From IMG/VR virus record IMGVR_UViG_3300025288_000019: 20,000 bases of DNA; one strand, 5' to 3'. The notes under the pieces were generated by a model. That model worked only from the letters and a program-made list of their open reading frames with translations. It made no database searches and was not told the DNA's origin. Shown here piece after piece: positions 18,034 to 20,000 of this stretch. Position numbers and translations under genes: made by a program. Source of the stretch: an uncultured virus (IMG/VR IMGVR_UViG_3300025288_000019). Taxonomy: Duplodnaviria > Heunggongvirae > Uroviricota > Caudoviricetes > Schitoviridae. Positions within the stretch are counted from its first letter, which is position 1; every line of letters starts with the position of its first letter.

Positions 18034-18405
18034 ATGAGTACACTTCTATTTGCTCCTACGGGTTATTGGTGTTTAACAGATGCAGGTAGAACCGCCTTCT
18101 GTAATGGTTGTGGTGCCAGAGGTAAGCTTGATTTAATACCTGATAATCTGCTTGGTTTAGATATATCTGAATGTTGCAATATTCACGATTACATGTATGC
18201 AACAGCAGATAATACGATAGAGGCAAAAGATTCTGCAGATAGAACATTTTTAAATAATATGCTTAGACTCATTTGTAATAAAGGGGGGTTTTTAGCCCCT
18301 TTACGCAGGAAGAGAGCGTATGTATACTATTTAGCTGTGCATAAGTTTGGAGGCCCCGCTTTTTGGGAAGGAAAAAACAAGATAGAGGAAGGCGGATTTG
18401 CGTAG
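18034..18405 (+). CDS. phospholipase A2-like / DUF1353-like protein
   Basis: CNGCG, CCNIHDYMY (PLA2-type CCxxHDxxY His-Asp motif), ADRTFLNNM, YYLAVHKFG. Confidence 0.7.
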   Translation: MSTLLFAPTGYWCLTDAGRTAFCNGCGARGKLDLIPDNLLGLDISECCNIHDYMYATADNTIEAKDSADRTFLNNMLRLICNKGGFLAPLRRKRAYVYYLAVHKFGGPAFWEGKNKIEEGGFA

Positions 18406-18548
18406 AACATCTGTGGATACTGATAAAAGAGGCTATAACTCCATGAGATTTTGGGTGTTATGCACAATTATTTGTACTGGTAGGTGTAGATATAACTAAA
18501 CCAGATGGTACTCATGGGGTTAACCCCAGCACTGCTAGGTAAATAAAC

Positions 18549-18737
18549 ATGAAAACATACACGTGTGCTGCTCCAGGATGTGATACTTTGGTTGTACCTG
18601 ACAAGAATAATACCTATGTAATAGAGGGTACCTGGCCTTTTCTACGGTATCAACATTTCTGCCCTGTGTGTAATGAAAGACTTACATCTGGTAGGGTAAG
18701 TGATAATGATTCTACTACTAACCCAGATTTAACTTAA
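18549..18737 (+). CDS. small zinc-ribbon protein
   Basis: CAAPGC...HFCPVC two-knuckle pattern. AGGT upstream. Confidence 0.55.
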   Translation: MKTYTCAAPGCDTLVVPDKNNTYVIEGTWPFLRYQHFCPVCNERLTSGRVSDNDSTTNPDLT

Positions 18738-18768
18738 ATTGCTATTGCATACGTAATAAGGATTTACA

Positions 18769-19181
18769 ATGATTAAAAACACTGGTGGACAAAAAGTTGG
18801 AGCACAAATGCTATCCCAGTTACAACACAAATTTACACAGCTATCATAAAGCAATCTGGAGATTGCTATGCTCTAATTGGCGCAAATGGTTCAGGGTTAA
18901 CTTCATTAGCTACTCAAGCTAGTGTATCCGCTGTAGCAGCGGATATTGCAGCTTTACCTACAGCTAATGACAATGCTACTACTGTATGGGATAAATTGAT
19001 TGAAACAGGATATACAGCTGCTCAAATAATGAAATTATTTGCATCTGTACTATTAGGAAAGGTTAGTGGTGCAGGTACTGGTGTAGAAGTATTTAGAGAT
19101 ATTAACGATACTAGGCCTAGAGTTACAGCTATTATTAGTGCTGAGGGCAACAGAAATACTATTACATTAGACCCAGATTAA
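18769..19181 (+). pseudogene. frameshifted/internally deleted phage structural (fibre-like) gene
   Basis: AAGGA RBS and ATG 18769 give MIKNTGGQKVGAQM, and this frame stops at 18849. A second frame, open 18777-19181, reads from 18810 AIPVTTQIYT...QSGDCYALIGANGSGLTSLA...VWDKLIETGYTAAQIMKLFASVLLGKVSGAGTGVEVFRDINDTRPRV...GNR, with no RBS/ATG before these residues. Confidence 0.65.
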
Positions 19182-19182
19182 A

Positions 19183-19364
19183 ATGATAAAATATATTATT
19201 GTTACTATATTATTATTAGTGCCCAATACTTGTTTAAGCGCACAGCTTAATTGGCGCAGTAATCTAACAGAACTCAGAGCAATACCTATACACCTAAACC
19301 AAGCAAACATGGTACTGTAATTATACGTGAAAATGTCACTATTAAGCAATTATATAGTATTTAA
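19183..19364 (+). pseudogene. short signal-peptide ORF (19183-19320), possibly the remnant of a longer exported protein whose C-terminus lies in another frame (to 19364)
   Basis: ATG 1 nt after the previous stop gives MIKYIIVTILLLVPNTCLSAQLNWRSNLTE... (stop 19320). A second frame, open 19263-19364, reads TQSNTYTPKPSKHGTVIIRENVTIKQLYSI. Confidence 0.4.
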
Positions 19365-19438
19365 CACTGCACTACTGAAGTTGTGCAAGATCAGTTGCTC
19401 TAGTTTAATTTTGTTTATTGGTTGTACCCCAACCCGTT

Positions 19439-19480
19439 ACCCTTTCCTGAAGCTTGTAACTTCAGGAAAGGGTTTTTTAT
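19439..19480 (+). terminator. Rho-independent terminator closing the late operon
   Basis: Perfect 14-bp stem ACCCTTTCCTGAAG (19439-19452) / CTTCAGGAAAGGGT (19460-19473), 7-nt loop, followed by TTTTTAT. Confidence 0.88.
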
Positions 19481-19840
19481 TCAATCGGAATCGGGGTCAG
19501 AACCGAAACCAAAACCGAAATTAAAACCGGAGCTAAAACCGGAACCGTAACCGGAACCGTTATTGCAACCGTAACCATCACCGTAACCGTAACCGTAACC
19601 GTAACCATCACCATCACCATCACCATCACCATCACCATCACCGGAACCAGAACCATCACCATCACCAGAACCAGAACCAGAACTGGAACCAGAACCAGAA
19701 CCAGAACCAGAACTGGAACTGGAACTGGAACCGTGGCCAAAACCGCCACCTGAACCGCCACCTGAACCGTCACCGGAACCATAGCCGTTGCCGTTGCCGG
19801 AACCAGAACCAGAACTATTATTTTCTGTTATTTCTTCCAT
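19481..19840 (-). CDS. Gly-X (GS/GD/GY/GF) dipeptide-repeat low-complexity phage protein
   Basis: MEEITENNSSGSGSGNGNGYGSGDG... The start overlaps the stop of the upstream mini-ORF, and the gene ends immediately before the convergent terminator. Confidence 0.6.
   Translation of the reverse strand: MEEITENNSSGSGSGNGNGYGSGDGSGGGSGGGFGHGSSSSSSSGSGSGSGSSSGSGSGDGDGSGSGDGDGDGDGDGDGYGYGYGYGDGYGCNNGSGYGSGFSSGFNFGFGFGSDPDSD
19490..19815. repeat. degenerate hexanucleotide tandem array (CCNNNA units)
   Basis: Includes (CCGTAA)4 at 19581-19604, (CCATCA)6 at 19605-19640, and runs of CCAGAA/CTGGAA. Confidence 0.9.
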
Positions 19841-19884
19841 TCCGGCACCGCTTCTACCCCGTTGATCTCAATCGATTCTCCCAT
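19828..19884 (-). pseudogene. 18-aa mini-ORF MGESIEINGVEAVPEWKK, probable internally deleted DUF6948-like gene
   Basis: Strong RBS GAGGAG (complement of 19895-19900) 10 nt before ATG 19884. The N-terminal IEINGVE and C-terminal AVPEWKK resemble the two ends of the ~100-aa phage proteins I recall preceding and overlapping Gly-X repeat genes. Confidence 0.55.
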
Positions 19885-19940
19885 GATTTGTTATCTCCTC
19901 TCTTGTTGGCTTATGGGTTCACGACCCGTTGATCATCATT

Positions 19941-20000
<60 letters not shown>

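Noticed and set aside
10304..18247. Minus-strand and alternate-frame ORFs overlapping the tail and lysis genes (e.g. 10304-10603, 12272-12505, 12584-12859, 12866-13111, 14163-14417, 15465-15659, 16414-16602, 17691-17912, 17892-18089, 18056-18247)
   Set aside because: They overlap better-supported + strand genes and have no recognisable features. 17892-18089 has no lipobox, so it is not an embedded o-spanin.
18996..19181. Stand-alone 61-aa gene starting at TTG 18996
   Set aside because: Protein-like sequence extends upstream in the same frame to about 18810, so it is better explained as the 3' part of the broken gene starting at 18769.
19477..19782. Val/Pro-rich alternate-frame ORF, plus ORFs 19327-19524 (+) and 19167-19349 (-)
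   Set aside because: The first is a by-product of the stop-free hexamer array, the second runs through the terminator, and the third is antisense with no support.
19490..19815. CRISPR array or telomere-like repeat
   Set aside because: There is no repeat-spacer structure. The 6-nt periodicity is explained by Gly-X codons.

Overview
AT-rich segment of an N4-like (Schitoviridae-type) phage late region, almost all on the + strand. It opens with the 5'-truncated gene for the giant virion-encapsidated single-subunit RNA polymerase (vRNAP; motifs A/B/C and a downstream HExxH zincin-like motif are visible). About 9 kb of tail-fibre/adhesin/spike-like genes follow with no obvious terminator (BppU-like adaptor, collagen-like proteins, a signal-peptide-bearing fibre-like protein, an Mtd_N-anchored Ig/FN3 protein, a beta-helix spike). 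Next is a lysis module (membrane protein, M15 endolysin, holin-like protein, PLA2/DUF1353-like protein) that contains a [4Fe-4S] ferredoxin-like gene and small Cys-rich ORFs. The distal part (about 18.4-19.9 kb) holds several genes that look internally deleted, a strong intrinsic terminator, a GC-richer minus-strand Gly-X repeat gene, and a second terminator running into 30 T at the window end. All family assignments come from motif recognition by eye, not database searches.
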